Shown here: positions 9,322 through 18,872 of the stretch, piece after piece
How the letters are laid out: every line of letters begins with the position of its first letter
How positions within the stretch are numbered: position 1 is the stretch's first letter
Assembly: GCA_965205025.1 (NCBI GenBank)
Contig: CBDBFU010000011.1
Location: 32,001 to 96,000, forward strand
Direction: 5' to 3'
Source of the DNA: Candidatus Poribacteria bacterium
GTDB taxonomy: Bacteria > Poribacteria > WGA-4E > WGA-3G
Length of the DNA stretch: 64,000 nucleotides
Position numbers and translations under genes: made by a program
The notes under the pieces: generated by a model
Database searches by the model: none
Told to the model about the DNA's origin: nothing
Seen by the model: the letters and a program-made list of their open reading frames with translations, nothing else

Positions 9322-9885
9322 ATGAAGAAATTTGTTTACATCTTACCACTATTATTTATTATACACTATTTTACTGCATGTTCTCTCCTTCCAGGTGCTA
9401 ATCAATCAGGAGAAAATGTTGCTGTTCTTAAGACAGAAAAAGGCACCGTTGTAATTGAGTTCTATGACGAATCTGCCCCTGTGGCAGTTGAAAACTTCAA
9501 AAAACTAATCAGTATGAAATTCTATGATGGATTAACATTCCATCGCATTGTCAACCAACCAGGATTAAATATTGTTCAGGGAGGTTGTCCGAAAGGAGAT
9601 GGAACTGGTGACCCGGGTTGGAAGATTGTTGATGAATATACCAATCCAAATCAACGGAAACACATGAGAGGAACAGTTGCTATGGCACGTGCAAACATGC
9701 CAGACTCCTCTGGAAGTCAGTTCTACATCTGTCTACAACCACAGCCTCATCTTGATGGACAATATACAACCTTTGGTGGTGTTATTCAAGGGATGCATGT
9801 CGTCGATATGTTAGCAATAGGCGACAGAATCACCACCATTCGTTTGGAGGCTAAGTCGAAATATGTTAAGGCAGCAGAGAATTAA
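9322..9885 (+). CDS. Cyclophilin-type peptidyl-prolyl isomerase, probable lipoprotein
   Basis: FYDGLTFHRI, VQGGCP, GTVAMA, GSQFYI, HLDGQYTTFG; FTAC lipobox-like. Confidence 0.92.
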   Translation: MKKFVYILPLLFIIHYFTACSLLPGANQSGENVAVLKTEKGTVVIEFYDESAPVAVENFKKLISMKFYDGLTFHRIVNQPGLNIVQGGCPKGDGTGDPGWKIVDEYTNPNQRKHMRGTVAMARANMPDSSGSQFYICLQPQPHLDGQYTTFGGVIQGMHVVDMLAIGDRITTIRLEAKSKYVKAAEN

Positions 9886-10504
9886 TGGATATAATTACAT
9901 CTTTTGGTCCATAATATGTGCATTTCTTATTGGTATTTCCGGTTGTGCACAACAAGATCAACAATCATCTTCAACTACTGAATCAAGTGAGACAACTCAA
10001 CAATCCGATACTTCGCAAGAAATATCCAAACCAGAAACACAGGTTGAGAAACCCACGCCTCAAGTTAAACCTGCAATTGACCCAGCGAATGCAATTGCTG
10101 TAATAGAAACGGAAAAAGGAAATATTGAGTTTGAATTCTTTGCATCTGATGCACCAATCACAGCAAAGGCATTTATTAAACATGCAAATCTTAATTATTA
10201 TAAGAACGAGAAATTTCATCGTGTAGAAGAATTAATCGTTCAGGCTGGCTCTGCTTTTGTGGATGACACACTACCCATAGAAAAAGGTGATCATCAACTC
10301 GTTAAAGGTGTCGTATTGATGGCGAAAGTAGAAGGAGAATCCGTCTCAGATGCAGATGAATTCTTTATTTGTAAATCGCCTATTATATTAGATGATGACT
10401 TTACAACGCTTGGTAAAGTTATTAAAGGACTTGATGTATTAGATAACCTTGTAAAAGATGATAAGATTATTAATATCTCAATTCGAGAACGTGATAATGA
10501 ATGA
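9863..10504 (+). CDS. Divergent cyclophilin-like lipoprotein
   Basis: ISGC lipobox, low-complexity linker, IETEKGNI, FHRV, GKVIKGLDVL. Confidence 0.8.
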   Translation: MLRQQRINGYNYIFWSIICAFLIGISGCAQQDQQSSSTTESSETTQQSDTSQEISKPETQVEKPTPQVKPAIDPANAIAVIETEKGNIEFEFFASDAPITAKAFIKHANLNYYKNEKFHRVEELIVQAGSAFVDDTLPIEKGDHQLVKGVVLMAKVEGESVSDADEFFICKSPIILDDDFTTLGKVIKGLDVLDNLVKDDKIINISIRERDNE

Positions 10505-10559
10505 ATTTGGGTAATTAGTTTTATAGCATAAACGATACCCTACTAACAAGGAGTGTTGA

Positions 10560-10928
10560 ATGGCATTATCTGTAATTCGGACTGCGCGTCCGAGTCCAGT
10601 TTGGCAAGAAAGTTATGTTAGAGTTGAGAAAGGTCAAAGGATTGTAATTGATGCGGATGGAGCATGGTCACCAGATCTACAAAATCGTACTGGATGGTGT
10701 GGTGCTGATGGGGTTGCTAAGACACCTGCAGGAGATGGATATTTACTCCCAGGTACAAATATTGGTGCACTGATTGCAAAAATTGGGAGTGATGTCTTTG
10801 CTGTCGGATCACGTTACGATAATCCTGCACCAGCTGATGGTGTCATTTTTCTCGCTATGAACGAGAACCCAAATAACAACAACCAAGCCGGAAGTTTACA
10901 AGCACAAATTATCGTTCTTGATGCATAA
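10560..10928 (+). CDS. LecA/PA-IL-like lectin-domain protein
   Basis: GALIAKIG and LAMNE...NNQAGSL resemble PA-IL GALVMKIG and LIYND...NNSGSF; similar length; AAGGAG RBS. Confidence 0.6.
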   Translation: MALSVIRTARPSPVWQESYVRVEKGQRIVIDADGAWSPDLQNRTGWCGADGVAKTPAGDGYLLPGTNIGALIAKIGSDVFAVGSRYDNPAPADGVIFLAMNENPNNNNQAGSLQAQIIVLDA

Positions 10929-11002
10929 TATTCAATACCTTACACTGTATTATAAAACTGTGATATCAATACATTCAGTTATTCAGTTTTAGGAGAAATG
11001 AT

Positions 11003-11449
11003 ATGGATGATAACACAATCCAGGAAGATACCCAACTACCCCCGGTGAGTTTTACTACTTACCTGCAAGATCTTGTCACTACTGCACATCTCTATTTAGA
11101 AGGATTCAAAGATCCTGAGACTGAACAAATGATTGTAAATCTTGGGTTAGTAAAAAGGGTAATTGATACAATAGAGATGTTAGATGAGAAAACTAAAGGG
11201 AATCTAACCGCACCAGAATCTAATTTCTTAGCTAATTCACTATACGAATTGAGAATGAATTACGTCAGAGCAATTAATAACCAAGAAGAGTTATCTAAAG
11301 AAACGGAAACAATTGAATCTGAAGAAAATACATCAACACCTGACTCACCTTCCGATACCGATGAAACTTCAAAGCAAGAAACTTCAGATAATGATACCGA
11401 AGAAGTCCATCCAACTATAGATGGTGAAGAATCCAAAGAAAACCTATAA
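11003..11449 (+). CDS. DUF1844-domain protein with acidic tail
   Basis: IDTIEMLDEKTKGNLT...LYELRMNYV. Confidence 0.8.
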   Translation: MDDNTIQEDTQLPPVSFTTYLQDLVTTAHLYLEGFKDPETEQMIVNLGLVKRVIDTIEMLDEKTKGNLTAPESNFLANSLYELRMNYVRAINNQEELSKETETIESEENTSTPDSPSDTDETSKQETSDNDTEEVHPTIDGEESKENL

Positions 11450-11563
11450 ATTTCTAACCATCCATCTCCATTTGACAATTATATCAGATTAACATAGTAA
11501 AATAACCTTTGTAATATAGTGTAAAGAGAGAGAATAACGAGGAGAGCAACATAACGTAGGATA

Positions 11564-12583
11564 ATGAATTATCAACGCAAGATAATTATCGCGTTCTCGC
11601 TATTGATAGGACTATTAATTCTCGGATCCATCGGTTATACAATCACTGAAAGTAACAATCCAACCAAAGATTGGAGTTTACTTGATGCAGTTTTTATGAC
11701 TGTTATAACTCTGACAACAGCGGGACACACCCTTATGGGGATGAGCGAAGGTGGACGTATATTCACCATGTTTCTACTCATCGGTGGATACGGTGTCTTT
11801 GTCTATAGTGTAACAATCGCTATTGCTTTTCTAATTGAAGGACAACTCCTTAGTATATTTAAACATAGAAAAATGATACGTACCGTAGAAAAACTATCAG
11901 ATCATTATATTGTTTGTGGACTCGGTGACACGGGTATACATGTTCTTGAAGAAATGTTAAAATCCGACGTAAATTTTGTTGGGATTGAAGCAGATGAGGA
12001 ACGATTGGAACATCTTGAGGAAACCTTAGATTTTCTATATATTGAGGGTGATGCAACGGATGATGATGTACTCATACGTGCAGGAGTAAAACAGGCAAAA
12101 GGTTTAGTCACTTGTTTGAGTAGAGACCAGGATAATCTCTTTGTCGTGATTTCTGCAAAAAACCTTAACCCAAGAATACGGGTTGTTTCAAAGGCTGTTG
12201 AAAACAACTCTCCTGACAAACTTATCACTGCAGGTGCGGATGAAGTTGTATTACCAGATCATATCGGGGGAATTCGACTTGCATCTGGGATTCTTGAACC
12301 CCATCTAATTGATTTTATTTCAAAGATGCAGGAAAGTCGACAAACTGCACGTTTTGCTGAATCTATCGTCCAAGATGATTCAAAACTCGCAGGTATAACA
12401 TTACGAGAATCAAATATACAAGGAGAAACAGGTCTCGTTGTAATTGCATTAAGAAGTAAGGATGGACAATACATATATAATCCTTCAGGAGATTGGATAA
12501 TTGAAGCTGGAGACGCACTGTTTGTTATTGCAGATCCAAGACAACTCCAACTATTAAATAAACTCACTGGAGATCCTCATTAA
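11564..12583 (+). CDS. 2TM potassium-channel-like protein with TrkA-N/TrkA-C (RCK) domains
   Basis: Two TM helices around pore helix DAVFMTVITLTT; HYIVCGLG, GDAT, C-terminal TrkA-C. Confidence 0.85.
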   Translation: MNYQRKIIIAFSLLIGLLILGSIGYTITESNNPTKDWSLLDAVFMTVITLTTAGHTLMGMSEGGRIFTMFLLIGGYGVFVYSVTIAIAFLIEGQLLSIFKHRKMIRTVEKLSDHYIVCGLGDTGIHVLEEMLKSDVNFVGIEADEERLEHLEETLDFLYIEGDATDDDVLIRAGVKQAKGLVTCLSRDQDNLFVVISAKNLNPRIRVVSKAVENNSPDKLITAGADEVVLPDHIGGIRLASGILEPHLIDFISKMQESRQTARFAESIVQDDSKLAGITLRESNIQGETGLVVIALRSKDGQYIYNPSGDWIIEAGDALFVIADPRQLQLLNKLTGDPH

Positions 12584-12629
12584 GTTCAACACCGCACTCC
12601 AGCGGAGTGTTATGTCTTGATTATATTAA

Positions 12630-12768
12630 CGTCAGTTTGATAATAAAAATGTCAGTTCGATAAACAGAATTTTGTCCTGAAGATAGTCTTTGTAGCACAA
12701 ACTTTCCAGTTTGTGCACTCTGGTGGTAACTAAAAGTTCGGGTTACAATGTGTCTTATCAAACTCACG
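12630..12768. mobile_element. 139-bp MITE with terminal inverted repeats and 9-bp target duplication
   Basis: TIRs CGTCAGTTTGATAA / TTATCAAACTCACG; TTATATTAA on both flanks (12621-12629, 12769-12777); solo ends at ~3796 and ~54634. Confidence 0.8.
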
Positions 12769-12866
12769 TTATATTAAACTCAAACATGAAAAGTGTCCAA
12801 ACAATCACAGATTTAAATATATACAAAAAGACTATACCTAAGAAAAAACATGAAAGGAATTCATAT

Positions 12867-14405
12867 ATGCTTGCAACGGTCCTAAGTAGTGCTGTGTTGG
12901 GTATTGACGCTTATATTGTAAAAGTCGAAGTGGACGTTGCTGATGGACTGCCTTCATTCAGTACAGTCGGTTTACCGGACAGTGCAATCAAGGAAAGTAA
13001 GGATAGAGTTACTGCAGCAATAAAGAACTCAGGTTTTTACTTCCCACCAAGCCGGATCACTGCCAATTTAGCCCCAGCAGATATACGGAAAGCCGGATCT
13101 GCCTTTGATCTTCCGATCGCCATAGGTGTAATGGCAGCAACAAATCAAATAGATCTTAGTAGACTTGAAAATACTATGATATTAGGGGAATTAGCTCTTG
13201 ATGGTACAATTCGAAATATACAAGGAGGGTTGCCAATAGCAATTGCAGCAAAAGATAACGGTATTCAGAATGTAATCCTGCCAGCAGAAAATTCTAAGGA
13301 AGCCGCAATTGTTGAGGAATTAAATGTTTATCCAATCGAAAGTCTTACAGAAGCAGCAGCATTTCTAAATGAAAGCAAGCAAATTTCTCCTGAACCACAT
13401 ACTCTCAGTTCCAGTACTGAGCACAAGGATAATAATACATATCTTGATCTAATTGATGTAAAGGGACAAGAGCATGTAAAACGGTCTATTGAAGTAGCTG
13501 CTGCTGGATCTCATAACATTATAATGATTGGACCACCAGGTTCAGGAAAGACAATGATCGCAAAACGGATACCTTCAATATTGCCTACATTGTCAACTGA
13601 AGAATCTCTGGAAACCACTAAAATCCAAAGTATTGTTGGGATTTTACCAAGTGATACACCATTGGTTTCGACACGACCCTTTCGATCCCCACACCATACC
13701 ATCTCTGATGCAGGTTTAATTGGTGGAGGGAATGTTCCTCGTCCTGGTGAAGTCAGTCTCTCACATAACGGTGTACTATTCCTTGATGAACTACCCGAAT
13801 TCCGGAGAAATGTACTTGAAGTGATGCGACAACCTTTAGAAGATGGTCATGTGACTATATCACGTGCTGCAGCATCACTTACGTATCCAGCTAATTTCAT
13901 GTTGGTTGCTGCGATGAACCCTTGTCCATGTGGTTTCTTCAGCGATCCGAATCGTGAATGTAAATGTACTGACAACCAAATACAAAATTATGTTTCACGT
14001 ATTTCTGGACCTTTGTTAGATAGGATTGATATCCAAGTCGAAGTTCCAGCGGTGAAATATGCTGAACTCTCAGCTGACGTTACAGGTGAACAGTCTGAAT
14101 TAGTCCGTAATAGAGTTGAAAAAGCAAGAAGTACTCAACATCAAAGATTCAAGGGGACGACAATACATTCTAATGCAAATATGCAATCTAAGCAGATTCG
14201 AGAGTATTGTAAAATTGAATCACAAGCACAAGATCTGTTACGAGTAGCAATTAACCAATTAGGATTGAGTGCCAGAGCTTATGACCGAATTTTGAAAGTA
14301 TCCCGTACTATTGCTGATTTAGATGGATGCCCTAATATCAAAAGTGGACACGTTTCCGAAGCTATACAATACAGGAGTCTGGATCGAAGTTTCTGGAAAA
14401 AATAG
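12867..14405 (+). CDS. comM: ComM/YifB Mg-chelatase-like AAA+ ATPase
   Basis: [50 protein letters not shown]; GAAAGGA RBS before ATG 12867. Confidence 0.93.
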   Translation: MLATVLSSAVLGIDAYIVKVEVDVADGLPSFSTVGLPDSAIKESKDRVTAAIKNSGFYFPPSRITANLAPADIRKAGSAFDLPIAIGVMAATNQIDLSRLENTMILGELALDGTIRNIQGGLPIAIAAKDNGIQNVILPAENSKEAAIVEELNVYPIESLTEAAAFLNESKQISPEPHTLSSSTEHKDNNTYLDLIDVKGQEHVKRSIEVAAAGSHNIIMIGPPGSGKTMIAKRIPSILPTLSTEESLETTKIQSIVGILPSDTPLVSTRPFRSPHHTISDAGLIGGGNVPRPGEVSLSHNGVLFLDELPEFRRNVLEVMRQPLEDGHVTISRAAASLTYPANFMLVAAMNPCPCGFFSDPNRECKCTDNQIQNYVSRISGPLLDRIDIQVEVPAVKYAELSADVTGEQSELVRNRVEKARSTQHQRFKGTTIHSNANMQSKQIREYCKIESQAQDLLRVAINQLGLSARAYDRILKVSRTIADLDGCPNIKSGHVSEAIQYRSLDRSFWKK

Positions 14406-14454
14406 TAAAGTAGACTGTAGATTCATCTGCCACGATTAGTATTAAGGAGAAAGC

Positions 14455-15804
14455 ATGCCAACCAATTTCATTATTTTTCTAACTGATGACCAAGGATATG
14501 GCGATTTATCATGTATGGGGGCAACTGATTTTAAGACGCCTCATATTGACAGAATGGCATCTGAAGGTATACGTTCCACTGATTGGTACTCTAATTCACC
14601 TGTTTGTTCTCCATCCCGTGCTTCAGTTTTAACTGGAAGATATCCGGCACATGCTGGTGTAAGATCAATTTTATCTGGACATAGAACTGCTACTGGATTA
14701 CCACCCTCCGTTCCAACAATTGCCACTGCTCTTAAGGAACTTGGATATTATACTGCAATGACAGGTAAATGGCATTTAGGTCTTGCTGAAGGTTCAAGGC
14801 CGGAAGATCACGGGTTTGATGATTGGTTCGGTTTCATGGCAGGATGTATTGATTTCTACTCTCATATCTTTTATTGGGGATTGGGAAGACCAGATTTCGA
14901 CCAAACACATGATCTATGGGAAAACGGTGAAGAAATATATCGAAATGGTGAGTATTTTACTGAATTAATTACAGAATATGCCATCAGATATATCCGTAAA
15001 TCTGTTGAACTCGGCAAACCATTTTTCCTCTATGTTCCTTATAACGCCCCACACTATCCAATGCATGCTCCTCAAGAATATATTGATAGGTTTCCAGACT
15101 TGCCTTGGGATAGACAAATAATGGCTGCCATGTTGAGTGCTGTTGATGACAGTGTAGGGGCAATCTTTGCTGAACTTGAACGTCATGGTATTGCGGAGAA
15201 TACATTCTCATATTTCCAAAGCGATAATGGTCCCTCTCGTGAGACTCGTAATTGGTTAGATGGAACACAAGATCCTTACTATGGTGGAAGTGCAGGTAAA
15301 CTAAAAGGTCATAAGTTTAGTTTATATGAAGGAGGAATTCGTTCACCTGGGATATTGCATTGGCCAAAGGAAATTCCACCGGGAAATGTCGTTAATCATT
15401 GTGGTGCTGCTATGGATGTATTTCCAACATTCCTATCCGCTGCTAATGGAGATTTATCAAAATATCAACTCGATGGGTTAAACCAAATAGGGATGGTTTG
15501 TGATGGATGGTATTCACCTCATACGGATATCTTCTGGGAAATGGGAGACCAAACAGCAATGCGGAGAAACGAATGGAAATTAGTCCTTAACGGTAGATTA
15601 GTGGAAGGTGCACCTCCTGAAGATGATGTTCACCTTGCAAATCTTAATGAAGACATGGGTGAAACCAAGAATCTAAAAGACGAGTATCCAGATATTACAG
15701 CTGAGTTAACAGAAGCAGCACAGACGTGGCGAAATGGTATCGAAGAGTATTGGGAAGCACATAAGGAAGAACGTAACGGAACAACTGGTTATGTAAAGAA
15801 CTAA
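14455..15804 (+). CDS. Formylglycine-dependent sulfatase (S1)
   Basis: TDDQGYGD, CSPSR active-site motif, GKWHLG, SDNG. Confidence 0.93.
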   Translation: MPTNFIIFLTDDQGYGDLSCMGATDFKTPHIDRMASEGIRSTDWYSNSPVCSPSRASVLTGRYPAHAGVRSILSGHRTATGLPPSVPTIATALKELGYYTAMTGKWHLGLAEGSRPEDHGFDDWFGFMAGCIDFYSHIFYWGLGRPDFDQTHDLWENGEEIYRNGEYFTELITEYAIRYIRKSVELGKPFFLYVPYNAPHYPMHAPQEYIDRFPDLPWDRQIMAAMLSAVDDSVGAIFAELERHGIAENTFSYFQSDNGPSRETRNWLDGTQDPYYGGSAGKLKGHKFSLYEGGIRSPGILHWPKEIPPGNVVNHCGAAMDVFPTFLSAANGDLSKYQLDGLNQIGMVCDGWYSPHTDIFWEMGDQTAMRRNEWKLVLNGRLVEGAPPEDDVHLANLNEDMGETKNLKDEYPDITAELTEAAQTWRNGIEEYWEAHKEERNGTTGYVKN

Positions 15805-15907
15805 ATGCTTACTGACAAACATGATGCTTTTGGATACCTCAGAACACTACATTGAATCAGGTAAGCCTACATATATTGCAATTTTGAAGAAAAAGAGTAT
15901 ATCATGA
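15805..15907 (+). pseudogene. Remnant of an internally deleted gene, possibly a SAM-dependent methyltransferase
   Basis: ATG directly after the sulfatase stop encodes MLTDKHDAFGYL; another frame encodes EHYIESGKPTYIAILKKKSIS, whose TGA overlaps the next ATG (ATGA). Confidence 0.5.
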
Positions 15908-16803
15908 CACCTCTTAAATTCGCTTTTATTACGGATACACATCTCTATCCAAATGCTCCACAAAACTTTGCGGGTGGTCTGCAACAACAGATGAATAGTC
16001 TCGCTCTTTATGAAAGAGTTATTGAACAGTTAAATGATTTTGATCCCGCATTCGTTGTTCATGGTGGAGATATCGTTTGTGGCGGGAATAGTTTTGATAT
16101 GTCCACGGAGAAATATGTAGAAGCACTTAATATTGCACATTCACTTGGGGAAAAACTAAAGTCACCAATTTATTATATCCCTGGAAATCACGATCTCGAT
16201 CCAGAAACAGGATCTAAAGTTTCATATCTTGAATGTTTCGGTATAAACAATAGAGGTTCAACTTGCTTCGTTAAAGAAAACATTAGATTTATATTAATGG
16301 ATGCACAAGAAGTTCCAGAAGATCTGACACACGGTTATGTCAGTACAAATCAGCTTGCCTGGGTAGAACGTGAACTAAAAAAAGCTGCTGATTATGGAGA
16401 AGAAATCTTCATCTTTACTCATCAACTTCCCTTTCCAAGCGTGGAATTTCAAGGTGTGGGTTCAAGAATTGCAAATTCTGCAGAGATGCTTGAAGTCGTC
16501 GCCCCTTTTGAACAACAGATTTTAGGATTCTTTTGTGGACACCTACATCTAAATCGTGTATATCGAGAACAAGGTCTATTATGTATCATTACATCTGGTG
16601 TTATATGTTATCCGATGATGTGGCGTCAGGTCCTTGTATATCCTGATAGAATAGAAGTAATGTCTGTTCCTGTCGATTTACCAGATGTTTATGCAGACTC
16701 AGAGGCGGTAAATCCAGACAATAACCCATATTTATCTGGCAGACCAAGGGATCAAGAATTTACGATCCCTCGCATAAACAATCAAGATCATAATTTGGGA
16801 TAA
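15904..16803 (+). CDS. Calcineurin-like metallophosphoesterase
   Basis: DTH, GGD, GNHD, THQ, GHLH motifs. Confidence 0.9.
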   Translation: MTPLKFAFITDTHLYPNAPQNFAGGLQQQMNSLALYERVIEQLNDFDPAFVVHGGDIVCGGNSFDMSTEKYVEALNIAHSLGEKLKSPIYYIPGNHDLDPETGSKVSYLECFGINNRGSTCFVKENIRFILMDAQEVPEDLTHGYVSTNQLAWVERELKKAADYGEEIFIFTHQLPFPSVEFQGVGSRIANSAEMLEVVAPFEQQILGFFCGHLHLNRVYREQGLLCIITSGVICYPMMWRQVLVYPDRIEVMSVPVDLPDVYADSEAVNPDNNPYLSGRPRDQEFTIPRINNQDHNLG

Positions 16804-16862
16804 TACTCTATTACTATCCATTCTTTGATGATGTAAATCTTTCATCAACACCCAAAATACAA

Positions 16863-17864
16863 ATGATTGAAGTGCAAAACCTCTGCAAAAACTATGGTCC
16901 TTTTCAAGCGTTAAATGATATATCTTTTTCTGTAGAAAAGGGACAAATAGTAGGTTTTCTTGGTCCAAATGGTGCAGGTAAAACTACTACAATGCGGATA
17001 CTCACCTGTTTTATGCCTGCAAGTAGTGGTATGGTTAAAGTTGCTGGATACGATGTCTTTAAAGAATCTAAAGAGGTGAGGAATCGCATTGGTTACCTAC
17101 CAGAGAACATACCTCTCTACACCGAAATGACCGTAACTAAATATCTGTCATACATGGCAAAAATACGCAATGTACCAAGGAAGCAGCTTGGAGAAAGATT
17201 AGATTCGGTTGTAGAATCATGCGGATTAATTGAAAGACGAAATCAGATTATCGGTCAACTGTCACGAGGGTACAGACAACGGGTTGGTTTGGCTCAAGCC
17301 TTAGTTCATGACCCAGAGGTGTTAATTCTTGACGAACCTACATCGGGATTAGATCCCCGCCAAATTGTAGAAATACGGGATCTAATAAAAGGTCTCGGTA
17401 AAGAAAGAACAATACTCTTTAGTACACATATACTTCCAGAAGCAAAAAATACTTGTGAACGGTTATTGGTTATTAGTAAAGGAAAAATTACTGGGGATAT
17501 AGAACTATCAAACGGACGGGCAATCACAGAAACTGAAACAGACATTACAAACGTTGATGCGGATTTCTCTTCTGATCAGAATGAGGTAATTGAGAATACA
17601 TTAACAATTGTCGTTTCTGGTGCAACTAATGACGAAATATTATCTACTCTCAAAAATATACCAGATGTGATAAATGTAGAATTTTCGTCTGATGCACTTA
17701 GAGATTCGTTTAATGTTCGCTTTAGTGCTGTAAAGGATATTCGGGCAGAAGTCGCCAAAACTATCGTTGAACAGGGCTGGAATTTATTGGAAATGTATAC
17801 AAACGAAATGAGTTTAGAAGAACTATTCCTATCTCTAACATCTGAAAATTTAGCACTTGAATAG
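16863..17864 (+). CDS. ABC-2 transporter ATP-binding subunit (GldA-like)
   Basis: GPNGAGKTT, LSRGYRQR, ILDEP, STH. Confidence 0.92.
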   Translation: MIEVQNLCKNYGPFQALNDISFSVEKGQIVGFLGPNGAGKTTTMRILTCFMPASSGMVKVAGYDVFKESKEVRNRIGYLPENIPLYTEMTVTKYLSYMAKIRNVPRKQLGERLDSVVESCGLIERRNQIIGQLSRGYRQRVGLAQALVHDPEVLILDEPTSGLDPRQIVEIRDLIKGLGKERTILFSTHILPEAKNTCERLLVISKGKITGDIELSNGRAITETETDITNVDADFSSDQNEVIENTLTIVVSGATNDEILSTLKNIPDVINVEFSSDALRDSFNVRFSAVKDIRAEVAKTIVEQGWNLLEMYTNEMSLEELFLSLTSENLALE

Positions 17865-17875
17865 TAAATGGAGTC

Positions 17876-18148
17876 ATGCTTGAGAACAACATTCAATTTA
17901 AGACTCCAACATTAAGAAATGTTGCTCTTACTGCTCCCTACTTTCATACAGGGGACCCGACATTGACATCAGTCATTGAATTTAACAATGCAGGTGGTGT
18001 ACCTTCAGGTTTTGTAGGAACCAGAGAGGGAACGCTTGAACCCTTACATCTTACAGATAAGGAAATCGATGAATTAGTGAAATTTCTATTAACACTTACA
18101 GGCGAATTACCACCTGAAAATCTATTAAGAAAACCCAACCTTCCGTAG
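17876..18148 (+). pseudogene. C-terminal fragment of a cytochrome c peroxidase (CCP/MauG)
   Basis: FKTPTLRNVALTAPYFHTG...LVKFLLTLTG, with no CxxCH or N-terminal part. Confidence 0.75.
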
Positions 18149-18339
18149 ATTACTCCTTACCATTTTTAACTACTAACAGATGAAATGATGTTTACTTCTC
18201 GTTTCATGGTGATTAATATTAAAGAGCTAAAAGCAATATTAATAGCCAATTTTTTGCTAATTTGATAATTCCCAGATTTACGAGTTGTTAAAGAATAATG
18301 TAAATTCTTAAGAACCGTTGCTATTTAATTAGAAAATAT

Positions 18340-18368
18340 TTGACAACTTTCGACATATAATGTATAGT
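18340..18368 (+). promoter_or_regulatory. Sigma70-type promoter
   Basis: TTGACA, 17 bp, TATAGT. Confidence 0.6.
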
Positions 18369-18495
18369 AAATTTATAGGTAGCATGGGGTAAGAGAATAA
18401 CGACCTTATATTTTTTAGGTTATATTTTCGATTTTTGGGATTTTACTATGAAAAACCGACAAGCAAAATTGACATATAAAATTGAGATGTTAAAT

Positions 18496-18720
18496 GGTTA
18501 TCGTCGGAGCGGGAACCGCTTACGTACAATAGCCGCAGGCTTTGCTTTAACCCAAGATTTTTCACCCCCCCCCCACGTCACCTCGTTAAACACAACTTTA
18601 CTTCTGTTAACTATTATAGAGCGTTACAGAAGAGTAACATTAAGAATATTAGCAGTTGTCCTATTTTCGCGCTCGCACGTACTTCGTCTTTCACGGAGTG
18701 TTACGTCGCGGGCTTTTTTT
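18496..18720 (+). ncRNA. Structured leader RNA (three hairpins, last one an intrinsic terminator)
   Basis: Stems at 18496-18534, 18598-18637 and 18671-18713 followed by T7; C10 tract at 18565-18574. Confidence 0.55.
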
Positions 18721-18872
18721 GTTGCATTGGAGAGTCCTTCAATGTTTGTCAATTTAGTTGTATCAAGTCGTTTGTCATTCAACTTATCATGTAAAATCAA
18801 ATAATACAAACTGATTTTAAAATTAGTGGTTGAAAATTCTTAATTTCATTTTCATATAATAAGGAGTGTGGA

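Noticed and set aside
12711-12866. N-terminal extension of comM
   Set aside because: Begins inside a MITE; the family start and RBS are at 12867
18690-18698. TTCACGGAG word from module A inside the leader terminator
   Set aside because: Single 9-mer without the rest of the module; probably chance
18448-18804. 118-aa ORF across the structured leader
   Set aside because: No RBS, and better explained by RNA stems and a terminator; not fully excluded as an Ash-like leader ORF
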